From the NCBI GenBank assembly GCA_028534125.1, contig CM052816.1:68140001-68204000 (forward strand): 64,000 bases of DNA. The letters run 5' to 3'. Positions 39,379 to 50,152 of the stretch are shown piece by piece. How positions within the stretch are numbered: the first letter of the stretch is position 1; each line of letters opens with the position of its first letter. The notes below the pieces were generated by a model. The model made no database searches and had not been told where the DNA came from. It was given only the letters and a program-made list of their open reading frames with translations. The position numbers were made by a program, and so were the translations under genes. The stretch is from Lama glama (Eukaryota).

Positions 39379-39569
39379 AGCGGAGCAGAACTAACCCAAA
39401 GTTCCAGTGAAGCCTGGTGACTAGTGTGGGCCAATTAACAGACTGTTCTCTCCTTCAAACCTTAAAGTGTGAGTTGACACCCTGCAACGGTTCCCTGCCA
39501 CTCCTTTTTAAAAATAGGTTGAGCGTGGTGAAACAGAACACCAGGAAGCCTTCAGGAAAAGAAGTCATA

Positions 39570-39830
39570 AGGGATTTGCAAGGAGTGGAGTCAGAAAGAC
39601 AGGCACAAATCTAATTTGGCCACTTACTAGCTGTGTCACTTGGAACATTATTGAACCTCTCTAAACCTCATTTTCACTGTCTATAAAATGAGATTCCTGG
39701 AAATCAAATATATGTTGACTGAGTGAATGAATGAAGAGTATGTGTTATGACATTTTTGTTAGTAGAATTAGAAAAAATACATGTAAAGCACCTACCGCAT
39801 AATATGGCACCAAGTCAAAAAAAAATAGTA
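39570..39830 (+). mobile_element. MIR
   Basis: 'ggagtcagaaagac...gccacttactagctgtgtcacttgg...aacctctctaaacctcattttc'. Confidence 0.8.
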
Positions 39831-40093
39831 GCTGTGAAATATCAGTACTGTAGAACTTACAGCAAGGAAGAGAGGCTATCCTACTCTCTTGACTGTATAC
39901 ACTTTGGTAGGACTTGCCATCCATTAGTAGGTGTCTGTGAGATACTCAGAAATTTTAAAAACAAGTCTTGGAGGACTTTTCAGAGAAATAATCCATGAAT
40001 TATTGCATTTAATCCTTATAACAACCCTATAAACCAAATACTGTGATTCCCCCCATGTTGCAGATAAAGGAAATGAGGTTCAGTAAATTTAAG

Positions 40094-40598
40094 TGTAGTG
40101 GACACCATGGATTGTTTACCCAATTACCTCCTTCCTTGTTGGCAGAGTTTAAATTTCATTTAAATGTGCATCCCTCCCCAGGTGGCTCTGGCTTGTACAC
40201 AGATTCAGGAGGAACCCTGTTCTCTTTGCCAGGGATTGGCTTAGGCAGGAAAAATTGACCTCGTTATATTCAGTAATTCGTGAGATGAGGTATGCTGGGG
40301 ACTTCTGGGAAAGGATTACTAGCTAGTAAGAAGAGATATATGGGAAGAAAATTTTCTTATTCTTCCATCAGATATTGTTTCTGGATGTGACTCAGGGAAC
40401 CAAGAAAAGTAGCTGAAGACAATACTCACACATAAAGATGGAGATGGAAAGAACCAGGGTTCTTCATGATGTCATCAAGACATTGAACTAACCCACTCTA
40501 AAGATGTACCTTAGATTTATTATTTGAGAGAATAAATTATTCTTCTTGTTTAAGCCTTTGAGGCTTGGTTTCCAGTTACTTACCTTCAAAAGCTTCTT
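40094..40598 (+). mobile_element. old MaLR solo LTR (MLT1J/K-like) inserted in a MIR
   Basis: TG start 'tgtagtggacac'; 'gctggggacttctgggaaagg'; 3' 'aataaattattcttcttgtttaagcc...gttact'; MIR halves on both sides. Confidence 0.7.
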
Positions 40599-41394
40599 AA
40601 TGTATTTGTAAAGTAACTTGGTGAAGGTCACAATCCACCAAATGGCAGATCTAGCTCTTAAACTGCCACCCCCAGTCCAGGTTCCCTGGTTACCTCCTGG
40701 GAGCGCAGAAGTGGGAGCCCTGAGCAGCATCAGGACCCTGAGGACCTTGGGAAAGTCAGGAATAGAAGGGCAGGAAACAGAAAACTGAATCATCCTTGGG
40801 ACATTTCTTGTAGCCACTCTTATTCTCTGTATCAGTGCTCTTCCAGATTTGAGAAACCCACCAGCTTAAGAATTTCTTAGCTACTCTTTCCTCTCCATTT
40901 CATCCTCCCTACACTGCCTAAACTTTCTTGCCATACCTGAGTTCTTAGGAATTAATTGTTTTAAATAACTTTTACCTCAAATTTCTAGGTCAATTATGGT
41001 TATATATGCTTTTCTTTTTGTTCTCCATTGAACCTTGTGAATTTACCCAATTAAAGTCATGGCAACTTATTTTTTTTTTAATTTTTAGCAGAAAGTTCTA
41101 GAGCCACATGTGGTCTTATCTCTATCCCTTTGAAAATGAGTACAAAGCATCATGAGTTTGATACATTAAGTTTTTGGGGTTAATCCTTTAAACATAATTT
41201 TCATAAGGTTTTCAGAGGTTGAAAGGTCATTTATGTATTGCCTAAACTCCATCTTCCAGCATGGTTCATCCTGAATGAATAATAATCAATCTTTTCTTCT
41301 TTCCCCTTACATCCCACCCAAACTTAGATCTTAGATGAGTTGATATATCCGAAAAAGGGATTTAGGGCAATTTTTGTTTTATTTTTCCACAAAA

Positions 41395-43460
41395 ATAGTT
41401 CTGCACTACACAGCTATAGTGAAATAGCTGGCATCATACTAACTCTGACTTTAAAAGAAACTATAAATGTCAGACGAAATACATAAAGCAGTTATCTGAA
41501 GGCATTGGAGACAATAAACACACACAAGACTTGAAGGAAAGCCCACATTTACCCGAGATATTTTCTGAAGATATTTACTAATTGAAGAATGGGGATCTAG
41601 AAAACAACAGTCTTACTAGGCTGAAGAGGCAGAAGTCAGAGTTTGGAGTAGTTTGGAGTTTGCTACTAGGGAGCAAAGTCCTGGAGAAAAGAGGACATTA
41701 GAGAAGGAACCTAAAATTCTGCATACACGTTTCCCTGCAGTTGTGGCTTCCTAAGCTGAGCTTGCACAGAGCGAAACTAAAAAGAGAGAGTAAGGAAGAG
41801 AACATGCAGAAAGCATCTGGTAGCTAAAGATCTGATCAGAGATTTCAGTAGTACTAGGGAAGCAAAAGTCATAATTAAAGCCTTGCCAAGAGGGAAGTAT
41901 CTTGGTAAATATCCCAGCCTTTGAAGTGAAACCTCAGAAAAGTTATGCCCTAAGAGTAAGAACCTCTCCTTAGAAATGAAAACCAATCTATAGGAATAGA
42001 GGAGTACTGAAATAGATTAGCCTAAAAAAGCATAAAACCAAGCTTTCACAAGACTTGCCTATTTGCCTGCCAGAAGTAAACTTCACCTTAGAAAGAGATA
42101 ACATCATCTAAAGTCTGTATATAATTTTTTTCATTTATGACATCTGGCATTTAATCAAAAATTGCAATGCATGCAAAAATATAATAAAAAATTAAAAGGA
42201 CCGAATTACTAAAATCCAAGTGAAAAATATATTTAATGGAAAAAGATTTATAGGCAATTCAGATATTGACATTAACTGATAGGGATTTTAAAATAACCAT
42301 GATTAATATGTTCAAGAAAATGTAGGAAATAGTAATCAAAATAGAAGAAAAGTTGGAGAATTTCAACAGAGAAATCTATTTTTAAAAAGAAGCAAATAAT
42401 TAGATAGTAAAATTGTGAAAGCACCAAAAGCATCACTTATATAGAATAAATCAAGTGAAAGATGACCAGGAGTTTACACTTCAAACTATAGAAAATTGCT
42501 AAGAAAAGTCAAAGAAGACCTAAATAAATGGAGGAATATACCATGAACATGGAATGCAAATGTATAAGATTGCTAAGGTATCAGTTCTCTCCAAATTCAT
42601 CTATAAATTCAAAGCAATCCCAATAAAAATCCCAGGAGCATTTTTTTAATTGGTGGAAATTGACAGGCTATTTGTAAAACTTATATGGAAATACAAAGAA
42701 CCTATTATAACTAAGGCAATCTTGAAGAGGAAAAACAAATCAAATATCAAAGCTAGAATAATTAAAACAGGGTGGTCTTGGTACAAGAAGAGACGATAGA
42801 CCAAGGATAGAATAAAGTTTAGAAACACATCCACACATATATTATCAATCACTTGATTTATGACAAAGACATTATAGAAAATTGGTGAAAGAATGATGGT
42901 TCTTTCAATAAATGATGCTGGCTCACATGGATATCCATATGGAAAAAAGGAAATATGGCCCTTTCTCACATCATACACAAAAATTAATTCAAGATGGATC
43001 ACACACTTAGAAGTATAAAGTATAACAATAAAACTTCTGGAAGAAAACACAGGAAATATTTTTGGGACATTGGGGTAGGCCATAGTTTCTTAAACAGGAC
43101 ACAAGGAGATACTGATAAATTGGATCTGATTATATTAAGAAATTTCATTCAATGAACCACACTATTGAGAGAATGGAAAAAGAAAATCTGAGACCAGTGC
43201 ACACACGTGCACGTGCACGTGCATGTTCACGCGCACACAAACACACACACACCTGACAAAGCATTTATATCTAGAAAATATTCTTCTTCAAAAAGTCTAT
43301 AAATTTGTAAAGAAAAGACAGACAACACAATTTTTTTCAATTGGGCAAGAATCCTGAGCAGGTACTTCACAAAAGAGAATATCAAAATATGAATATGCAA
43401 CTGAGAAGATGCTCAGCATCATCACTCATGAGGGAAATGCAAATTAAAACCACATCTTGA
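41395..43460 (+). mobile_element. old, internally deleted L1 (5' region plus ORF2 fragments)
   Basis: ORF2-like 'aaagaagacctaaataaatggagg...ccaaattcatctataaattcaaagcaatcccaataaaaatccca' and 'gaaatgcaaattaaaaccac'. Confidence 0.85.
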
Positions 43461-43474
43461 TGTCATATATTGCT

Positions 43475-43838
43475 TGTAGCCCAGAACATCAATGTTTCTC
43501 CTAGAAAAAGTAATTGCAAAACCACAGCTCTGAATACCAGAAAGTGAATTGGAGTAGGTGTCAATAATTACAAACAGCTTAGTTTAATTCAGAGTGAGGT
43601 TTTTGTTAAAGGTTTTCATCTTGCAGTGAAACAAAATTTTAATTCCGCGTTGTAGTTACATAAGTTACTCTTGCCAGCCTAGTACAAAAAGTGAAAAGCT
43701 CTAACAGAAACCTCACTCTTTGAATTAAACATTACTGTTCACAGCTGTTGAAATATATCTAAATTCACTTTTTGATATTCAAAGCTGGGACTTTACCATT
43801 GCTTTTTCATGAAGGAACATTGAAGATACAAGGCTACA
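43475..43838. repeat. 364-bp imperfect palindrome, MER121-like ancient element
   Basis: arms ~43475-43625 and ~43683-43838 are reverse complements (tgtagcc...ggctaca; gtttaattcagagtgaggtttttgtta vs taacagaaacctcactctttgaattaaac); family name from recall. Confidence 0.75.
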
Positions 43839-44379
43839 TAATCTTTCAAAATAACTTCTTCAAGATGAGGGAATTTAGTCCCAACAGATGTGATAACATT
43901 ACAAAGATGTGTCTATTTAGTGAGCAATGAAAAAATTCATTTATTACAGAGCAACAAGAAAAACTAGTATGTGGAAATACATAGCACAGTGAAAATACAT
44001 AACATTTACACCCACTGGGGCTGAGATATTGGGTTGGGTGAGCTGTGGATATGAGGAACAGTTTGCATCTACATCCGCTTGATGTCCTACAACTCTGGCC
44101 CCTCAGTGCCGATTAGACATCTCCATTGTCACTGGATTTAAAAGTGGCGGTCTTTATTAGGTCTTATGACCTGATTATTTCAAAAAGAGACTTCTTCTGT
44201 TACCATATAGTTGGAGACTACTTTCCAAGTTCATTAGTGTTGTGTAAGGCAACATGCATGGAACTGAGAAATTGAAGAACCATTGGAAGCATAAGTTAAT
44301 TCACTGTGCATCATTTAGCAAGCCATTACTCTTTACCTCACTGTAAAATGACTTAACGGTATCTGCTCCATTCTGTCAC

Positions 44380-44710
44380 ATGCTACATACAACATGAGTA
44401 AAATCTGAGGACCTTATGCTAAGTGAAATAAGATAAATATTGCATTATTCCACTTACACAAAGTACCTAAGTGGTTAAATTCATAGGAAAAGAAAGTAGG
44501 ATGGTGGTTGCCAAGAACTGAGGGGAAAGGGAAATGGGAGTTAATGTTTAATGGATATAGAGTTTCAGTTTTGCAATATGAAAAAATTCTGAAGATTTGC
44601 TACATAGCAATGTGAATATGTTCAACACTACTGAACTATACACTTAAAAATGGCTAAGATGGTAACTTTTATTTTACATGCTTTTACTACAATTAAGAAT
44701 AAAAGAAAAA
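44380..44710 (+). mobile_element. L1MB-like 3' end
   Basis: 'ttatgctaagtgaaataag...ggatggtggttgcc...gtttcagttttgcaa...ctgaactatacacttaaaaatgg'. Confidence 0.85.
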
Positions 44711-44917
44711 TGTGATTAAAAATATAATATCTGCTCCCTGAGGTCTCCAGACCACAAGTGATTATTCTTTCCTCTCAACTACTTGAGTTCTTAACTTGGG
44801 GTTCAAAACCCCCTGAGGTGTTTATAGGTAGAATTCAGAAGCTCCGTAAAACTTGAGTGGAAACTGTTTTTACCAGCCTCTAACTGAATGTAGCATTTAC
44901 TTCAATCACAGATTACA

Positions 44918-45418
44918 NNNNNNNNNNNNNNNNNNNNNNNNNNNNNNNNNNNNNNNNNNNNNNNNNNNNNNNNNNNNNNNNNNNNNNNNNNNNNNNNNNN
45001 NNNNNNNNNNNNNNNNNNNNNNNNNNNNNNNNNNNNNNNNNNNNNNNNNNNNNNNNNNNNNNNNNNNNNNNNNNNNNNNNNNNNNNNNNNNNNNNNNNNN
45101 NNNNNNNNNNNNNNNNNNNNNNNNNNNNNNNNNNNNNNNNNNNNNNNNNNNNNNNNNNNNNNNNNNNNNNNNNNNNNNNNNNNNNNNNNNNNNNNNNNNN
45201 NNNNNNNNNNNNNNNNNNNNNNNNNNNNNNNNNNNNNNNNNNNNNNNNNNNNNNNNNNNNNNNNNNNNNNNNNNNNNNNNNNNNNNNNNNNNNNNNNNNN
45301 NNNNNNNNNNNNNNNNNNNNNNNNNNNNNNNNNNNNNNNNNNNNNNNNNNNNNNNNNNNNNNNNNNNNNNNNNNNNNNNNNNNNNNNNNNNNNNNNNNNN
45401 NNNNNNNNNNNNNNNNNA
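44918..45418. other. assembly gap (~500 N) flanked by an identical 198-bp overlap
   Basis: 44720-44917 equals 45419-45616. Confidence 0.98.
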
Positions 45419-45484
45419 AAATATAATATCTGCTCCCTGAGGTCTCCAGACCACAAGTGATTATTCTTTCCTCTCAACTACTTG

Positions 45485-45960
45485 AGTTCTTAACTTGGGG
45501 TTCAAAACCCCCTGAGGTGTTTATAGGTAGAATTCAGAAGCTCCGTAAAACTTGAGTGGAAACTGTTTTTACCAGCCTCTAACTGAATGTAGCATTTACT
45601 TCAATCACAGATTACAGTGGCAGTAGATGTAGTGTGAACAGAAATTACAAAAATTTTCCTATTCTTGTATTTTCTGGAGATACCTTAAAATGCTGTTTAT
45701 CGTCAGCTCTACTGCAAAATTACTATAGCTTTCAAAGCTACCACTAAATTGTGCTATGTATTGTGTTACTACAGATGCTTATATAATACCATATTAAAAC
45801 ATTTTAAAACTTTTTTTTACTTTATTTCTATGTAATTGGTTTCCTTTGCATTTCTATGCTTGTTATTTCATGCATTCATCCTGAAAAGGAGTCCACAGGT
45901 TTTACCAGATTGCCAAAGAGGTCCCTGGCGCATACACACAAAAAGAAGTATTAAGACTCC
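45485..45960. mobile_element. hAT-Charlie non-autonomous element (Charlie4a-like)
   Basis: 'gttcttaacttggggttc...ctctaactgaatgtagcattt...ccagattgccaaagaggtccctggc...ttaagactcc'. Confidence 0.65.
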
Positions 45961-46129
45961 CACACTCACCTATTACTGACTTATTGTTCTGTCATGTTCA
46001 TCATATAATGTGTTGCTAACATATTACGTAAATGTCTAGACAGCTCATCTAGACTGGAGGCCCATCCTTCATAGGGCCTGGCTAAATGTCTTGCATACAG
46101 TCAATGCTCAAAGTGTTTCTGTTGATTTA

Positions 46130-46370
46130 TTAATAGTAAGATTCAATGCTGAGGCCTGGAGTTAGACTACCTCTGCTCAAACTCTCGATCTTGGACTTCG
46201 GGCAAATGACTTAACCTCTCCGAGTCTTAATTTCCTCATTGGCAAATAGAGCTATTAATACTACCTGTCTCATAGGGCTCTTGTGAAAATTAAATGAAAA
46301 AAATACTCATTAACAGCCTAGCATAGGATCTGCCTTATCATAAACTCTTAATACAAATTATCTACTAATT
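46130..46370 (+). mobile_element. MIR
   Basis: 'gggcaaatgacttaacctctccgagtcttaatttcctcattggcaaatagagctattaatactacctgtctcataggg'. Confidence 0.9.
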
Positions 46371-48989
46371 ATAAACATATTACTATCATGGGAATTGTGA
46401 GTGAAATAATGCGGGCAAGATAGCAAGTGGGGATCATGGACATTAAAGGGAGGTGAAAGGCAGAAGAGAGGCAAGGGGCTGAGTTGGCTCCTTCAGAGAT
46501 TATTCAGATTTAGGAGGCCTAACAGAGCAATCAAGGATTATCGGACTGACTCACACCTGGTGGTAGACAGATCTGTTGGAAAGTGTAATATCATTCCTAT
46601 GCCCACAAAATTTTAGCTTGTTTATTTATTTAACTAGGTGAAAAAAATCTTAAGCCTGTTGTCTGATTGGAGATTCAGAGATTAATTCAGATTTGGCTCT
46701 CGAAAATTATTATGTCTTCCTAAACCTAGCCATGCCAAAAATCTCATGCTGCAAATTGAGTTCTCATTTTTCCCCCCATTTCTCAATTTGGATTTCAATA
46801 AAATTTCTTTCCCTGAGGCAAAGAGGGGGAAATGTTAGAATATAAGCTCTGGGAGCTTAAATCCTGCAGATAGGTAAAATATTCCATCAAGCTAAACTTG
46901 CCTAAAGGCTGATACATCGCTACATGTATAACTTCTTCAGCAAATCTCTCACAGACAAATATGGCCTGATTTAAAAGCTGTGTCTTACAAAACGATTGTG
47001 AAATCAGAAAAGGAATTGCTGGATATCATACAGCATTTCAAAACTGTTATCTGGCACAACTTCATATGAAAACATCCTTTTGGACAGGGTGTAAAGGAAA
47101 CCCCCAAACTTTTGATGTCATTAAATTGTTGATGCTGTATTCATGCAACCGCAGTATTGAGTCAACCAGCCAAGCAATAATCCAAACTTCGGCATTTTTC
47201 TTCCTACCAATATAAATGTTTTCTCTGATGATTATTGGTTTAGTTATCAAGTCTCTGGTTCTATTTGTAAAATGAGGACAGTTAAGATAGCTTTTTATTC
47301 TAATCTGGTTTATGCTTCTCTGAACGTTGGGAATTTTTTTCAAGACATATGACAGGAGGAATTCAGAGGTTAAAATTCTCCTAAAAGGAGAAAAGAGATT
47401 AGAGGCAGAGCTGGAGAGAGATGAGATATACAGCTGATACCCGAGAAATACCAGACTGGCTTCAAGCAGAAGAGGATTCCATCTGAGCTCCATTTCTCTA
47501 TTTAAGGAGTCAGATCTGAGTTCTGTGGCCAGCTTCATCATCCTCTCATCTCCCTGCCTTAATCTGCCTTAAGTGAGAAAATCCTTTCAAAGCCCCTGGG
47601 TTTATTCATTCCAGCACATAGTAGCCTGAATTACAGGCCCAGACACCCAAGCTCTGTTCAGGGTTTGTCAGAGTCGGATCCAACCTGGATAGGTGGGGTA
47701 TTAACATCAAAACAAAAAGGAAGAGTCCTGAGTGATTTGCTGAGCAAATAATTCATTTCAGCAAAGTAAGTATTGATAGAGCATCTGCCATGTATAGAGC
47801 AGAATGAGAACTTGAGCCTAGTTCTTGTGACATCAAAGTTCTTGTTGTTTCCACCATACCGCCCTGCCTCGGCTAAACTGCCAAGGCCCCACCTCTACCC
47901 CTAAAATAACCCTGGAAGCTTCAGTGGTAAAAGCCCTGAAATTTTAGGAAGATGTTATCTGAGCCTGTAAGTTTTTCATAGCATATGTTCCCAATCAACT
48001 CCCCCAGCCACTGAAAACCTAAGTGTGGCCACAGGTGACATGGGTCCTACCAGTCCATCAGAGCAGGCATTTATCGGAATATCTGCACCCTAGTGCCTGC
48101 GCTCAGCAGCTGTAGGGCTGCAGTTGCAAGGGATCAAGGAGAGATTGGGCAATCAGAAAGGAAAGAGCAATTGTAGACTTTTTTCCCCAAAAGCACATCA
48201 GGAAAGGAAGAGTAGACTTGTTTGAAGAAACATCAGTTTTGTTTCATATTGTTTTGGTTTGTTTATAAGACTTGGAAGATGTGAGCATAACTGTAGGCTA
48301 GGGAAAAGGAATATTGAGGAGAGAAAAAGATGAAGTTGCAAAAGAGATGGAACAAGTGATGAAAATAATAATAGTAGAGTATATAAGAACACTGCACGTA
48401 AAGCATTGCTCTCAGAGCTTGTCATATTTAAATCGACTTAATTCTCTCCAAAATTTTATGAGAAACTTGCTCATATTCTAATTTTACAAAAGAGGAAAAT
48501 AAGGCATAAATTAAAATGTGTCATGTTAGAAGACTAGGATTTGAACCTAGCCAGTCAGGCTCAAGAGTCCATACTCTTGATGGTTGTGCAAATCTGCTTT
48601 TCTCAGAGAAATTTTGATATAGGACAAGGTGAACTGATAGTAGCCTAGCATTCTTAAGGAGAAGGCACTTCTCTCTTTTCAGCAGAAGGAAATAAGGAGA
48701 GGCTAAGGAAAAGAACAGAGGAATTTAGAGAAATGGGAGAGAAATTTGAGGGCAGTCAGACTGGAGGGCTAGGCTGATTGTTAAGGTGTCTTATGTTCAA
48801 AATCGTGCTGTCAGGTCAAATACACAGAGGAAAATTACCTCCTTACTTACTATGATAGGTAATGTTTTCTAATTAATCTACCAGCTACAATTATTTAGAT
48901 AACTGTGTGAAAACTTGTGACTAGGCCACAGATCAATTCAATAGAACCATATATATTCTGTTCTTACCTGTTCTGATTCAGCATACTTA

Positions 48990-49335
48990 TCATTGGACAT
49001 ACTTTGGAGAGACATTATCTCAGGGATCTACCCTGAGATTGTTCACTTTGGACGCTGATGTTTCCTGTGGAGAGGATCAAAGCTATTGGAGCAATGAACT
49101 CCAAACATTCTGAGCTTATGCTCAGTGTTTTCCTTGGAGAAGTGAAAGAGCAAGGCATTCATTGATCAATTATGGAATGTGGCAGAATATGGTCACACCA
49201 TGGCAGCATCCAGTTTTGAAAGACTCAAACTCTTGAGAAGAACTCAACTATAGAATTTTTTAAGAAGGATGTTGGTATGGAATATCCAGTGCTAAACGAT
49301 GTGTTTCCAATGACAAGTGCTGGAAGAATTCAGAA
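48990..49335 (+). mobile_element. possible ancient RTE-clade LINE reverse-transcriptase remnant
   Basis: frameshifted motifs in RTE order and spacing: TYFGETLS, TLDADVS, ERIKAIGAMNS, FLRRML, VSND. Confidence 0.45.
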
Positions 49336-49400
49336 AAGTTAGCAAAGATAGTAGTAATTCACATTTATTGAGCTCTTTCAGGTAGCCTGTACTCTACACG

Positions 49401-49595
49401 AAGTAGTATGCTGGTAAATCAGTGCTCAAAACAAAACAAAACAGAAAAAGGTCTTGACTTGTAACATTTGCCAGTTTCAATGGTGTGAATACTCTTACCA
49501 TGGCCAATTTCAAGCTAGCAAACCACCACACAGAGTTCCTGAATATCTTTGTCAGCACTAGAAGGCTGGTTGGAGCTGGCTCCAGCACACCACTG
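49401..49595. mobile_element. MER63-like hAT-Blackjack MITE inserted in a MIR (49350-49790)
   Basis: TIRs 'agtagtatgctgg' and 'ccagcacaccactg'; internal 'accatggccaatttcaagcta'. Confidence 0.8.
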
Positions 49596-49984
49596 TTTTG
49601 TTATCCCATTTCATCCTCACAACAGCCTTTTAAGGTGAGTACCATTATCATCTCCAGTGTACATATCAGGAAAAATATTCAAAGAGTTTTAATAATTTGC
49701 CCAGGTGCACAGAGCTAGAATGAAGCAGAGTTCTGAGGGAAGCTCAGACTGTATGACTCTAAAAATAGCCAGCCATCGGTCTACTCTTTTACCCTTAAAA
49801 CAACCACAGAGATTCAGGGTGGTCATGGTTGCTAGTCATTAACCAGTCTCCACCTCTGGCTCACTTATGTTACAGATAGATTTTCAGAGGGACCTTAGTT
49901 TATACTTCTAGGTTTTTACTCTTCAGTAGAGAACCTCTGTGTAAAAGTCCGTAAGTGTATATTTTACTTAGTATTTGAAAAATC

Positions 49985-50152
49985 TAGCCCCTTGCTACAC
50001 AGAGGGAGTACCAAGTACTAGCATCATCTGGGAACTTGCTAGGAATCAGAACCTCTGGCCTCTACCCAGATCTACTAAATCAGCATCTGCTCCTTAAGAT
50101 GATCCCCAGGTGCTGTGTGCGCCTGTTGAAATTTAAGAAGCATTGCTTTAGC
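49985..50152. mobile_element. MER5A-like MITE
   Basis: 'gcatcatctgggaacttgctagga...ccagatctactaaatcagcatctgc...gatccccaggtg...tttaagaagcattg'. Confidence 0.8.
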
